Assembly (NCBI GenBank): GCA_010909165.1
Contig: MU008159.1
Coordinates: forward strand, 186,001-250,000
Reading direction: 5' to 3'
From: Anthoceros angustus
Taxonomy: Eukaryota > Plantae > Anthocerotophyta
DNA length: 64,000 bases
Position 1 is the stretch's first letter; the number at the start of each line of letters is the position of its first letter. Position numbers and translations under genes: made by a program. This document shows positions 24,886 through 38,800 of this stretch, one piece after another. The notes below the pieces were generated by a model. It was not told the origin of the DNA and did no database searches. It saw nothing but the letters and a program-made list of their open reading frames with translations.

Positions 24886-27800
24886 GCAAAGCAACACTAC
24901 GGGCCGGTCTTGTGTACCATAGCAGCAGGACTCTCTATTTGGTGCAGCAGCTTTTCTGTTTCTTGTATTTTTTTACGTCGAATATGCGGATGCAGTGGCT
25001 GATAAGGCAGCCCGCTCCACAGCCTTTCAATCGCAGCTGTGCAGCAGCGGAAGGTGGCTCTGCTCTTGCCTCCCGCTGCACAGTTGCAGGATTGAGCGGC
25101 CTAGTTTGTTAGCCCTACATTTGAAGGTAGCCGAGGTGGTAAATAGCCACCCGCTGTGTTCTATAGCGAGGAAGGTTGAACAGGGAATACCTATTTGGTC
25201 TTGGGTTGTGTCTCTGCGAAGTGAGATCGGCTTCTTGCCGTCCCTTCCAGGGTCCCAAGCACTCTTATCTAATCAGCCCTCAATATGAGCTGTGCATCGT
25301 CCAGTGCGCCAGTCTTCGTAATACAAAGTGTTTGTGGCCCAATTTGGTCCTTGAAAATATATCACTCTCTCCCTCCACTATGCTAATTACAATCGTCTGT
25401 CGTGCCATGTCCGATCCTCTCAATCTCGTACGTTTCCGTTTGCTGCAAACAAATCAGCTGCCATTTCCATTTCGGCAGGGCCCGTCCGACAATTGTGCTC
25501 AGACGGTTGTCTGGTCCGGTCTCGTGCATTCTTGCGTGTCCGTTTCTGCTTCTGCCTCTGGCTCTGGGACTGAATTTCAAGTTTGAACCTGCGCTATTTT
25601 CGATCGAGTGCTCAAGAGGGATGTGCCCGGGCCCCAACTCGTGTTATTACGGGGTTGGTTGTACTGTTTGCAAAACCTGACACAACAGCAGCAGAAAACA
25701 ACATCGGAGAGGGAATCTCGTGTGCAATCCCCGAGCCGGTCTACATAAGCATGACCTGCTCTGACCGGCCCTCACCTGCCCTGACCGGCCCTCCTGCTCC
25801 TGCTGCACAAGTCTCGCCAAGCCTAAAGCATGATCAGAGTGTGACGAATGTGCGCACCTCCCACACCTGCAGCATTCTTTCCCAAGGTAAAGATAAAAAT
25901 AAAAAGAAAGCAGAATGTGAAGTCATGTTGTACCACCCATTGCCTGGGCTCTGGGTTGCAAAGGTAGCAGATGAGAGAGTGGAACACAACCATTGGGCGT
26001 TGGGCAGGTTGGGTGGGATGAAACGCCCACCTTCTCACGCCCACCCAATGAGGATACCAATCTCTCATCTTGCGTGCAAGCTGCATAACTGCCTAGGGTA
26101 AACCGCGGTGCCTGCTGCCTGGAGGGCCAGGCTTCAACTGGCTGCCAGTTCCAACTTCCAGTTCCTGGCTATGGTGATGAGGTCACCCCGAACGCAAGCT
26201 GATGTCATGGATTGATGACTTTGGCAACGTTGTCGGATTCGAAGAGACTCTGTTTGTGCGTGCCACTGTGGGCTGTGGGTCTCGGGCCGACCAGGAGGGA
26301 GGCAGGCACGCCTGCGAGCTGCAACTGGCTCCTGGAGGAAGCGATTCGCGGCGCGCTGCGAGGCTGCGAGGCCAGGCAGGTGCCCACTTGATGGACGCAC
26401 TGCAAATGTAGCGAGTGGCACCAGTTTCGCCCGACCGGGGCCCAGTTGCGCCGCCCGGGCCGGCCCCACGCTGCATGGGACCATGGGACTCGGCAGATGT
26501 CGGGCCGGGGCGTGCTGTCTGGGGCAGCGTGTTGCCGGGCCGCGGACACCGGCGGCCTGGCGCGGCCTGCGCCGGGCCGAGTTTAGGGTTTTTTTATATT
26601 TGCTCTTATCGTTTTCCGGCGAGTGAGCGAGCCGGGAGCGCATTCGCCACTCATTGCGAAACGGGATGGGATGCAGGGAACGGCGCACGGGGCGGCCGCG
26701 TCCAACGGGGGTGGGGCCGAACGGTACGGCGCTGGACGGGACGGGGGGGTCGGGACGGCCCGCCACCCCGCCACCGCTTGCTCAAGTACAGCAGGAAGCG
26801 ACAAGCGACGCATGTGCCCATGGCCCCATGGGCTCGCCCACACATGCCCATGAGACGTCTCGCAATGGCGAAAGGAGGAACGGTGAAGGGAAAAGGGAAA
26901 AGGGAAAAGCAGAGCCCTCTCTTCGGCATTGCTTCCAGATGGGAGAGTCTGCGTAAAAGAACATTCTGGGCGGCCTGGCCTGGCCGGGCCTGGGCCTGGC
27001 CGGGCCTGGCCTTGCCTTGCCTGCCCTGCCAACATTGATGGCTCCTCACCACCTTCAGGCCCGTTCTGAGGCCGGTGTCATAAATCCCAGATGGGTTGCC
27101 ATAAGTGAGGTAACAGAGGACTGATGAAGCTGCTGCGACCACAACAGGGGTGCAGACCTGCAGTCTGCACCTTTTGCAGCAGGCTTTTGCAGGGATGGGA
27201 GATAAAAGACGGATCGATGCACAGAGGAGGATTGAATGAGTGAAGGGCGAGCGTGGTGGCACTGTAGCCACAATCGGGCTGGGCTCTGGCCATGGCCACT
27301 GGGCTCTGGAGTCTGCAACTGGGCAAAGAAGCAGCATTTTCGCTGACCCAAAGCCTGCGCGGGATTTCATGTCAGATAGTCGCACCCACAACACGCATGG
27401 GGCTGATTTTGGATTGAAGGATGCAGTTGGGATCCAGGATTTTCTTCACCACAACGTATGGACGTACTGTTGTTGCGTCTTGTATCTATCCTTTCTATCT
27501 ACCTCTGTCTACCGGGCGAGGGAGACTGTTGCATCAACTGCCAACCACCAACATCCCAACTTCCGAGCGTCCCAATCCCGGGAGGCGGAGCCCGATTCAG
27601 GGGTCGGGCCCAGGGTACAGTCAACTGCTCCAGGTCCAGGTGCAGCCTCCTCCGGACCGGTTTGGATGCAGTGGCAGCATCTCATACACGCACATTCGCA
27701 CATGCGGTGCGCGCTTGGAAACAGACAACGTGAACGCACGTCTCCTCCCACGCCACTGTTTCTTCTCACACTCCACCGCATGCGCTCATCTTTTCTGTGT

Positions 27801-29475
27801 GAATGTATTTGTGTAACTGGAATGCGCTGTGTAGGATTTACTATGAATGGCATGGGCGGTGTGTTTGGTTTCAGGCAGTGGAGCCCATTGGCCGATTGGG
27901 CGCACGCTCGCTGCATGTGTGAAGCTTTGTAAAAGGTGACGGGGAAGTGAAATGCCTTTCTCCTTCGTGAGCCCTCCGCCGTCTATAACCTACCGCATCC
28001 CACGCAGGCGCAAGCCTCGCCCGTCCTTCGCAGCCACGCAGTTTCTGCGCACCTCTTTGTTTTCTTGTGGGAGAATCTGTTCCAGATGTGACGGCCTCTT
28101 CGCTCTTTCTCACTGCTTGCAACCGATTTTCATCCTCTTTGCTTGGCTGCTTGGTGAGAGAAAGGGCTATGGGTTATCCAAAGCCAATAAGTGCTGAGGA
28201 CCTGGGAATCATCGTTCGAACCAGTTCAGAATAGAAAGCAATTAAGAGAGCAACCGAGATGCTCGCATTTAAAGCAAAAGTGAAGACACTGGCAGCCGAG
28301 TTCCCCTCAATATGTATCGTCTTCACCAGACTTTATTGTGACTTGGTTGCACCGAATTTGGATTCTCGTCAGCACAGGCTTCATTCTCATTGATGCATGT
28401 GACTCAGCAGCATGTGAACTTCATTGCCTGCTGAATACATATGAGAGAGTGTCAGCTCACCTTAATTCACACATTGGTGATTCTCGGATTGCGGTCTCCA
28501 ATATACTTGGGCACTTCCATGATCCTGTTAGCCAGCAACGAGATGAAATGGGCTTGTCTCCGAACGATGATAGCCAGACGGGTCGTTGGATCCAGAAAGC
28601 TGTAAAGTTGGAAACTTGTGATTATGCTGCCCTGACGCTGGAGAAGTCCTCGAGGCAAGACACATTGAGACCGGCAGCTCACCCAGCCTGAGGGAGGAGA
28701 TAAAAGCTCCACTCTCCACCCTGACAGGATCATACATCGATTATCGTAAACAGACAAAAAGACAAAGCTTGGGCGCAGTGAGCAACTCACCACTGGATCC
28801 CTGTAGCAGTCAACCAACTTCCAAGTACACAAAGGAATAGGTGTTCACACAGGGAAACTCAGGTAGTGGTCAAAGTTGGAAATGAAACAGACCGACTTCA
28901 AAAGACTACGAAATGCTGGAGTGTCTATAGCGATGCAGTGGAACGAATAATAAGTGAAACAGCCAGTTTATTCAAATGGAAAATAAAAAATGGTGACATC
29001 CACATTGCTGGGGTGCACGATGGCTACACAATTCGGGTGAGCACACAATAAATAATCATCTACAAGGGTAAGATCCATAAGCGGGCATTTTAGGGGACCA
29101 CTGGGTTTGATGTTTCCCAATGACCCCCGCCTCAGCTTAAGATCCATATTTGCTGGCATGTTTCATGTAAAACAAACACCAGAACTGTCCAAATGACACC
29201 GAGCAGGTGGCAGCTGAAACAGATGGAGCATCAGATTGCACAAGTTGGGCTGGGCGGGACTTCCGTTGCTGGAAATATCACCTACACACCAAACATTAAG
29301 CCCATAGCAGGCCCGCAACTTGTGGGCAACTTCGGCCGCGGGCGACTGAAGGCCAAACCACAGCACTGCCAAAGTAATAGCTGTCGAGCTTCATGAAGGA
29401 GGCTAGCACAACCTGTACAATCTGCAAACCTGCTGACTCTGCTGGCGCCTACTCCTTGCGCCATGCACAGTCAGC

Positions 29476-30729
29476 TTAGAAATTCTGTGCAGACTGGTAG
29501 GTCGAGCCGAAGCTCCAGTTGGGAGGAGCCACATTGTAAAGAACAATCGACCTCCCGTCACTAGTTCTGACCATGAAGGAAAGTGGCTGTCCTGTCAGCA
29601 CTGCACCGGCTTGCCAGTTCTGTCCCCAGTTCCTCTGCATCGGGACCCAGTTGCCATTGCCCTTGATGGACAGAGCCGTCACAACACCATCCCCAGCAAC
29701 ATTGTGTATCAGGACGAGATCAAAGTTCGGGTTGCCGCTGATGGTGAATCTGATTCCACCTTTGCGAACGCAGGGCACTCTGCGCAGTAGACGACAAACG
29801 ACATGAGCAAACTCCAACAGCCACCGTACTACTTGCAAACCATTCGCAAGAAATGAGGGATCGGTACTGACCTTCTGTAGTTCACTGGAACAATTCCTCC
29901 AACGTAAACTGCAAGCGAGGTCCAAGCAGGGACGGACATGTCAAAGTGCTCCCTGGGAGGGTTGCACCAACCACCATTGTCGCTAGGTAGGGCCCAGTTG
30001 GGAGGGCAAGAGTTGGTAGCGGTGATGGTAATGGAAGGGTTTCCAGGCAAGCACCACTTGGATCCGTAACATTTGATCTCATAGCAGGCCCCGCACTGAG
30101 CTCCGCTGTTGAAAAGGGCATAGCTGAGGGCGGCATTGGCGATCCCGTAGCCAAAGCTGTAAATGTTCCCGTACCCGCATGCACCTCCTGCACAAGGACC
30201 AAATCCAAGTCAGATCGGGCCACTCCCTCCGCATCTGGAGCCGGAATGAAGCAGAATTAGCATAAGAAAGCAAAGCCTCACCATTAGTTCCCGAAGCATC
30301 GTTTCCTCCATAGAACGTCGCATGAGCAGCCTTCCACGGCCCGCCAGCTCCGGATCCTCCACCGTATGAAACCTTGGGAAGAGTAGGCTTCTTAATCGGC
30401 AGCTTCTTCTTGGGAATGCGAGGCTTCTTGATCTTCGGCAACTTCTTCGGCAGCGACGGCTTCTTCTTCGGCAGCCACGGCTTCTTAGCATAAGGACTCG
30501 GCTTCTTCTCCTTCTTCCCCTCACTCTTCTTCTTCTTAGCCTTCTCCTTCACGCTATCCTTCTTGTGCAGCTCAACCTTCTTCTTCAGCGGCTCAACCTT
30601 CTTCCTCAACTTCTTCGGATCCAGATTCTTCTTCTGGTACCTCTCCAGCACGCCATCCACCTCAACGGCCTGGTACGCCACGAACATCATCACGGCGAGC
30701 AGCAGCACCTGCCATCTGATGGACGCCAT
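29476..30729 (-). CDS. EXPA: Alpha-expansin #5 with ~93-aa Lys/Pro-rich N-terminal extension (exons 30729-30282, 30187-29872, 29779-29476)
   Basis: [26 protein letters not shown] signal, poly-K/KKP tract, [46 protein letters not shown] and RNWGQNWQ. Confidence 0.94.
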
Positions 30730-31040
30730 CCCTGCAAACCTGCAACCAATCGTCCCCCTCAGACACAGCCTCCGGCCCCCAGCTCCCCGAACCCTGCCTC
30801 TCCACAACAGACAGCCAGATCCGATACCGCACAGCCAGCACAAACAACAACAAAGCAAATCTGAGCACCAAAAGCCACCAACCAAACCAGCACAACCAGA
30901 TCCACACCACCACACAAGAGCGGCATATGCACCTGGAAGCTCCGATCGAGCTCTCCGAGGCAGGCAATGCGCGCGAGCTGCAGGTACGAGGGCTGGTGAC
31001 GAGCGATGTGCGATGTCCTGGCAGGCGGGAGCAGCGAGGC

Positions 31041-31046
31041 TATATA
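31041..31046 (-). promoter_or_regulatory. Candidate TATA box of expansin #5
   Basis: tatata in GC-rich context. A plausible 5'UTR intron (donor ~30932, acceptor ~30732 or ~30740) would leave a short leader exon. Confidence 0.4.
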
Positions 31047-33091
31047 GCGGGGCGACGGCATTGAGCGGGTCCCGCCGGCGTCGCTCCAAGTCAGAGGAAT
31101 GCACCAATCTCTCTGTCAGCAAGGCGCAAGGACGCTCGAGACGCGATCGGGGCCGGGGCCGATCGAGCCCGACGCCGCCTTGTTCGCCTGCTCGCCAGGG
31201 CCGGGCACTCGTTCCCACGACCCGCCCTTCCCGAAACAGCAAACACCAGGCTTGTTAGTCGGTGCGGTGATTCGTAACCGCTAACCACACAGTCGCACCA
31301 GGCTGTTGCATTCCTGTTCTGTTACCGCGTCGGCCCATGCGCCGCACACCGCCCGGTCCTCCGCGTGCCTCGACTCCCGCGACCGCTTCCCCCTGGTCGC
31401 CCGTCCCCCGCCCCATCATGCCGTCTTGCTTGCTTTTGACCTCCCCAACTGCCGCCAACGGTCCCTCCGTAAGCCGCACTTTCTTACTTCACCCCGCCGG
31501 CGTGCGACGTGCTGGTGCCCCGGATCATTGATCATTTCCGATCCCAGCCTACTTCACGAATCATGCATGAGCCCGCCATCCATCAATCACCCCGCCCATC
31601 TTCTTCCCAGTTGCCAGTTGCGTTCCATCGAGTGTCTGATGCTCCGGTATGTACAAGGAACAAGCTGGGTTGGATCATGTCGTTAATTCGCATTCTGGTG
31701 TGAGCTCCGCCTAAACGGATTCAAACTTCCAAAGGAAGTCCGTCCTGCAGACATCTCTTCAGAATGCGAAGACGCGAGTGGGATATCTCCTGTACATTTT
31801 GCAATCAATTCCATCGGTCCATCAATTCCGTTGGCAAGGGATGTGGGCAGGCTTTGGAGAGCACTAATCGGGGCTCTGACACCTCGTTAATTATTGAGAT
31901 GCTCTGACCCGCCAAAGCAGGCTGTTTACAGCGATACTCTTCTGTCTCCTGACCCGATAATTAGGCCCAAAGGGCATGCTTCTATTTTAGCCTAGCGGTT
32001 CAGGCGGAGGCCCCGCACAACCAGGTCTGGGGTTCGATTCGCTGGGGCAGCGATAACGACGCGACGGGGGAATGAAAAAATCATTCAGTACGGCGGGCCG
32101 ATGCTGCTGCCGAGGATGTGAGATGTGAAGCCTGGACGAGAATGGCGTTGACGAGGCGAGAGGGCGGGCTCGAAATTTGAGGAAGGGCGCGAAGGTCGCC
32201 GAACCCGAACTCGGCGTTTCCGGGAGGCCAATGGGAGTTATTATGGGCCTAACCATGTTGCAAGCACGTGGTTGCAGCGAGGGAAGATGGAGACGCTGTT
32301 CGACTGAGAACATGGAGGACTGTGGGCCAGCAGCAGGCGCAGCAGTGGACCAGCCCCAGCCCCGGCCCCGGCCACCGGTTACTGTTTCAAATTCATTGGG
32401 CTGTGGTATTGGCCCCCGCTTCGGGCGGATGTCATGGCTTACGCAATCTTAAAACTACAACCGAAAGAACTGCCGGTCAAGTAAACGCCAGCTTGTGAAT
32501 CAAAAACTGTGTAACTCCCGAAAAGAGACCCGACCGCTGCCACCCCAGCTACTGTACAGTCGCCGTCAATTCAATCCTTTCTCATCAGACCAAGCTACAG
32601 TCGGAGTCAATGTTACATACAAAAGTTTCTACCGTTTATGTCATACTTTTTATTATAAATATCATAAACAATAAGGTATGGTAAAGTATAATTTACTATA
32701 TAAGGACTATTGAAAACCTCCAAGGTTGTATTAGTTCCAAGAGCCCTGATTACCAAGAGCCCTGATTACGAGGCTTGTTAGGCTTGGCCAAAAACTTGGC
32801 ACAATGTGTTGTCCTTATGCACCCATTGTTTAGCGACTTTGGGGACCACTCTCTCTCCAACTTCTAGGCTATGCTCCACAAAGGTTATGTTTTGATGAGC
32901 CTTGAGTTGGTTGAGGCCATTCCTTAAGCTCTCCATGACCTAAGATCCTCCCTAATTGCATCAAATGGGTGGGTTGATACAGCCTTTTGTTACGAGTTTG
33001 TTTGGAGCTTCCCTTGAACACAAGGGCTCTTGTTTTAATGTGTTTCTGTCTCTTGCTGCAGCCCAAAATGTATTCGAGAGACATGTTCTAT

Positions 33092-34086
33092 TGCCCCACC
33101 AGTTGGGATCTTTTGGTATTCATTGATCATTCTTTATAACAATTTTTAGGACCTACAAGTCGTTAAAAAAAATCTCACATAAAGTCACACAAAGTATGGA
33201 CATTGAAAATACAAAATTATAAGAATAACTACAATTCATCCAAGTTTTAGATCCTAGACTCTCCCATGTTCAAAAGAAGCCCACTAAACCAGAAAAACCT
33301 CCAAACCTCAAAAACCAAAAACAAGGATGAAAAATCATTGAATTAAGTGGTAAGTACTCTCAATGAAAAAGAATTTGATTAAGCAATAATTCATCTCCAT
33401 GAAAAATCTTTGGATTAAGTGGTAAGTCGTCTCAACTTCTAGGTGCGCTATACTCTCCTGTAAATTCAAAAGTATGACACCACCCGATCATATTGTATAT
33501 CGTCCAAAACCAATAAGAAGATAGCTAGGCATTCTCACCAAGCACAACTTGAAATTAATAAATAGAAAAGGCTATAAAAAGATAGCAAATCATTCAACAG
33601 ATCTCATTACATAATCATGCTACCTCAATGTCTTTCCAAAGTCAATGCATTCCTTCATAGAGACCCAAGTCAATTCACCTATTCATTTGAAACATAGGTT
33701 TATGAATACAATGTGACAGTAGAGAAATAATGCAAATGTGGGGATGATTGGTAATTGGATTGTAGAGACAATGATTAAAATTATTCTAAATTTTTTAATA
33801 TATATAATATAGAATGTTTGATAATAAAAAACACTTGATCACAGTAGAAAAAAGAAGTGGTGAAGTTAAAAGATTCCCTTAGTCTATTCATGTTAACAAG
33901 CATATCTTATAAATTTGTAACAAGCATATAATCTTATCTTTACAAGATATGCTTCTTATAATTTTGTATTTTCAATGTCCATACTTTGTGTGACTTTATG
34001 TGAGATTTTTTTTAACGACTTTTAGGTCCTAAAAATTGTTATCAAGAATGATCAATGAATACCAAAAGATCCCAACCAGTGGGGCA
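33092..34086. mobile_element. ~1-kb non-autonomous foldback/TIR element with 134-bp inverted repeats
   Basis: 33092-33225 is the near-perfect reverse complement of 33953-34086 (tgcccca...ggggca ends). tat lies immediately outside both ends. No internal ORF. Confidence 0.8.
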
Positions 34087-34384
34087 TATTATTTTGTTAA
34101 CGCTTTTCGCCACCGGTTTTTTGTGTTATTTTTCATATACTCATATCTCAAAGCAATAAAAAAATCTCTTCATGTTGCGCTACCAGTTGTTATTACCAAT
34201 TTCAAAAATTTCTTGACAAAATTATGTGTCAAACTTCAAAAGTTCTTCCTCTCAAACATCTTATTACATAGCATTTATTTAACATGTTCTTTATCTTAGT
34301 TATATCGGGATGGACAAGCTTTATTATGGTAGCACGTATACAAGTGTATCTACCATCTATGTATCTTAGAAAGGCACATCAAGC

Positions 34385-34965
34385 CTTAGCACGCATTCAA
34401 GGGTTCTCCACTTACATAATGGAGACCAGGTGTCATCAACATACATCAAGTCTAATATCTTACAAAATCATGTCAAACTTGATATTTTACAAAGGCACTA
34501 CAAGCCTTAACACGCATTCAAGGGTTCTCCATTAACATAAAGGAGATCAAGTGTCATCAACAGTATTTTAGAGAAAGTCTCGCATGAAGACCATACACGG
34601 GGGAGGTTGGCGCGCCACTCGCATAATGGAGACCGGGTGTTATCAACAATATTTTAGAGAAAGCACGAGGGAGGCCGACGCGCCACTAGGATAATGGAGA
34701 CCAGATGTCATCAACAATATTTTAGGGAAAGCACGGGGGAGGCCGGCGCGCCACTCATATGATGGAGACCAAGTATCATCATCAATATTTTAGAGAAAGT
34801 CTGGCATGAAGAGCACACACAAGGGACGCCAACGCGCTTAGGCAAATTGGGATACCTTTACCAGAACAAATTTGCCCAATCGGGCAGACCGGGACAACTT
34901 TATCAAAACAAATTTGCCCAACCGAGCACACTGGGACGACTTTTCCAAAACAAATTTGCCCAACC
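34385..34965. repeat. Degenerate tandem repeats (~65 bp units, then acaaatttgcccaa x3)
   Basis: Recurring ataatggagacc..gtgtcatcaaca(a)tattttag.gaaag and gggagg..ggcgcgccact; acaaatttgcccaa repeated near 34866-34962. Confidence 0.75.
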
Positions 34966-35616
34966 GGACTCAAAGATTGTGAGAGGATAGTTTCCCATCT
35001 CAGTACTAATCCACCCACAAGCTGCTCAATTGTGCAGTTCTTATTTCAATTAGTGTATGTACATCTCAAGACGATCATGTTATGCCCATTTCACAATCAG
35101 TTTATCATGGATGACAAACTTCTTGCAGCACAAATGTCTGCACATGTTGTTGACATCATGGCACTCATGTTTTGTTGTCATGGCTTGGATTTTTTGCATT
35201 GAACTGGTTCACTTCATTATGGTAGCGAGAGACGTACTTGATTTCTCAGGGCTGATTTAGGTGGTAAGATGGACTTGTAATCAACTGTCTGTTGGTGTAC
35301 CATGCTGGTGCTGGCTACAGTCAATTTGGTTTTGCTCCCTTATTTTTCGGGAGTCTCAATTGTGATAAGCTATTGGCATTTCATGTTGCATTGGAAGGGA
35401 ATCGGAGTGAGGTAGCCGTAGACTATCAAAGCAAGTATGTTGTTTGTATTGTTGAGACTGCTGGAGGGGCACACTGAAATCAAGATCAAGTTTCTGAGTT
35501 CCATGAGAGTAGTCGGATCTCTCAAGTTCTAAAAGCTAGCAGGCTAGTTGCTATTGCCATAGTGCAACTATAAAATTAATTATCATACATGATGATTTCT
35601 ACACACTTATGCATAC

Positions 35617-35860
35617 TATTAAATAATATGTTCATTATTATGAGTCCATAATAATTATAAATAGGTTTAGAGGTGAAGTTGAAACGTTATTCTTAAACGT
35701 CACTAAGTTTAGGTCTTGTAGTTTCATTTTAGGGTTTCGATTCGGTTACGACTCTTCACACACTTTCTTGTACCTTTTCCAACCTCTCCGTAATTCATTC
35801 TCTCATGTGCTAAGAACTGCATAATCTTCCAGGCTGTGATCATGTTACCATAACTTTTTA
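35617..35860 (+). repeat. 5' LTR (244 bp)
   Basis: Matches the 3' LTR except for 8 substitutions and one 9-bp indel (hand alignment). Confidence 0.95.
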
Positions 35861-38800
35861 TGGTATCAGAGCTATAATCATATCCTATGCTAGCTTGCAT
35901 ATGGTGAGATCTACAATTGGGCCAAGGATGTACAACCAGACTCATTTGACGCTCACCATCTGCACACAAACGTGAGATAAATTGATCCTGTGAAATTTCA
36001 TGGCTAATTTTCTACTCTAACTTAGCAGGCCTACAAATTATGAAGAGGCGCTCCTTCTCCAGTCACTTGAGATCTCTCCAGTGACTACATACAAGGAAAT
36101 CAGCCAGAATTCAGTAATGTTGCTTGAAATTAACACTTTTTTCTTCAAGCATCACTCAGCACCTATGCTAATTACCTAACCTGGCAGCGGAAATGACAAG
36201 GAATCACAAATCACAAATCACATGGTCATTACCTCAAACATCTACTTGTGTTACCAAATGTTGTAACAGTCATTGTCACAACACACCTTGTCATTCTCCC
36301 CAATTCATATTAAATCAGGATAATAGCAATAGAGGTAAGCGAGGCACTATAAAATAAAGTAAATCTGTCCAGAATCTCCTCACACCTGTACCACATAAAA
36401 TCCAGGTGTTAGAAGAGGAAATTTCTGAATTGAAGCGCAAGGCAAAAGTTGATAATACTCTGCTACGTAAGGAACTAGATCAACTAGCATCTAAATTAAA
36501 CTGGCTAGAAACCAAAACACGTCTTTTGGAACCCATATCCAAGCCAGTTTACTCTAGTTGTGACCCTGTAGTCTCTTACATACCTGGTAGCAGCCCATAT
36601 CAACCTAAACAGTAAGCTAGTCTTAGCTTCAGGAGTCCCCTACCATGACATACGGCACCAAATCCATGACCACCAACACACATGGTGAGAAACAAGCCTT
36701 AGTTTCAGATGCTAAACTTGGAGTTAGCACAACTTTCCTTTGGCACAGCAGACTATGCCATCCTAGCCATGGATACCTACAGCAAGTTCTAAGACATCCA
36801 AACCTATATAAGGATGGACTTACTTTTAAAGCTGATGACAACTTGTTTTGTGAGAGCTGCCAGTTCGGGAAGCTCTCTCAAAAACCCTATAATGATCCAT
36901 CTCCTACTAGGGCTACACAATTGTTGGAAGTAGTCCATTCAAATATATGTGGACCAATGTCCACTCACTCTTTTGGCGGAGCAATCTATTTTCTCTCCTT
37001 CCTAGATGAATGGAGTCACTGATTATATTTCCTATATAGCCATACAGACTTTTCCAAGTTTCTTGAATATGCGCTATGGCGAGCACAAACAGGACATGTT
37101 ATTAAACGGCTGTGTAGTGACAACGCCAAGAAATATCTGAGTGCAGAATTCACAAATTTCTGCAAACAAAAGGGGATCATACATCAGCTCACTGTCCCCT
37201 ACTATCCACCACAAAATCCTCTATTTGAAAGATATACAGACAATTCAGAAAGGACAAGGCTCTCTTATTTGGACTTACAAGGATATTGGTGATTCGATCA
37301 ATTATGGCCAATAGATTGCCTCCGAAACCACTCTATGATACCACTCCCTATCAAAGGTGGACTGGCAACAAGCCTCGGATCAGCCATCTTAGGACGTTTG
37401 GCGCCTCAGCCTATGCTTTTGTACCTGAGGATAAAAGACGCAAAATGGACAACAAGGCCACCAAGCATATCTTTGTAGGATACTCAGATACTGTTAAGGG
37501 ATACAAACTATATAACCCCTTAACAAAAGAATTGACCATTGCCAAAAGTGTAAGTTTCAATGAGACTTACATTTTGAAGTCTCATCTCCATGCCGTATCC
37601 GACCCGATATGCGCCGCGTCATTCCATGGGCATACCTCGATCGATTTCAAATCAAGATTATGAGGATTATTATGAATCACTCTATGAACCTGATGAGGCT
37701 ACAAACAATTTACCTATTCCAGAAATTGCTCTTCCTCCAGATCTGGATCCAATTATTGCTGACCAGGACATACAGGAGATCCAGCCACCAGATCTGCAAT
37801 TTCCAAACTTGAATTATGAATAGGAGCCTGATCCTGCACAGGAAGAAATTTTATATTAGCCTAATCAACCAAACCCAGAGATGAATTTTCAGGCTGATAA
37901 TAGGGACCCTGCACATGATCCCTTACCTCTTCGTCGTTCAGCCAGACCGCATAGACCTAGATCTGAATGGCTTGAGCCTCCTCATGTACCAGGCGATAGT
38001 TTTGTTTCTTGCCCAAGCTATAGTGCAGTAGTCGCTTCAGACAATGTGCGTGCCTCCCTAACACAAATAGCACACCACATGGCATTAGCAATTATGGAGC
38101 CACCAGATACTCCTATGACTTATAAAGAAGCACTCTCATCACCGCAAAAGGAAGAATGACAAAAGGCTATAGACAGTGAATACCAGTCCTTAATAGAAAA
38201 CAAGACGTGGAAACTAGTAAAATTACTTGCAGGACGTAAGGCTATTTCATCTAAATGGGTCTTTAAATTAAAGCTCAACCCTGATGGGATAGTAGCTCGT
38301 TATAAAGCCCGTTTAGTAGCCCGTGGATACACACAAGTTCATGGACTTGACTACGATGAAACATTCAGTCCAGTAGTTAAACCAACATCCATGCGTATCC
38401 TGCTTTGTTATGCCATCCAGACCCATCTATTAGTCCACCAAATGGACGTTAAGACAGCTTTCTTGAATGGGCCATTGGACATAGTTATTTTCATGCGGGA
38501 AGGAAGGTACATTTGGACCCTTCTCTAGTCCGCTCAATCCTTGTACGGGCTTAAGCAATCAGCCCGCATTCGGAATGGTAGGGCTGCCGCAAAACTCAAG
38601 GCATTAGGTTTTGTGCCACTAACTGCTGATTGCAGTGTATTCATCCTGCGAACAGCACAAGAGTTGTGTATTATTGCGTTATATGTAGATGATAATTTCA
38701 TCTTTGCGGCCGAGTCGCGACCGAGGATTAAGAAGAACTTATTTGATGAGTGGGACATGACGGATGTCGGTCCTCTTCGATTTGCCCTTGGGATACAGTT

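Noticed and set aside
24057-25112. 351-aa ORF as a separate gene
   Set aside because: It is read-through of expansin #4 exon 2 into intron 2 and off-frame exon 3.
30730-31242. N-terminal 170 codons of ORF 30079-31242 as part of expansin #5
   Set aside because: This spans the promoter/TATA candidate and a probable 5'UTR intron. The signal peptide starts at ATG 30729.
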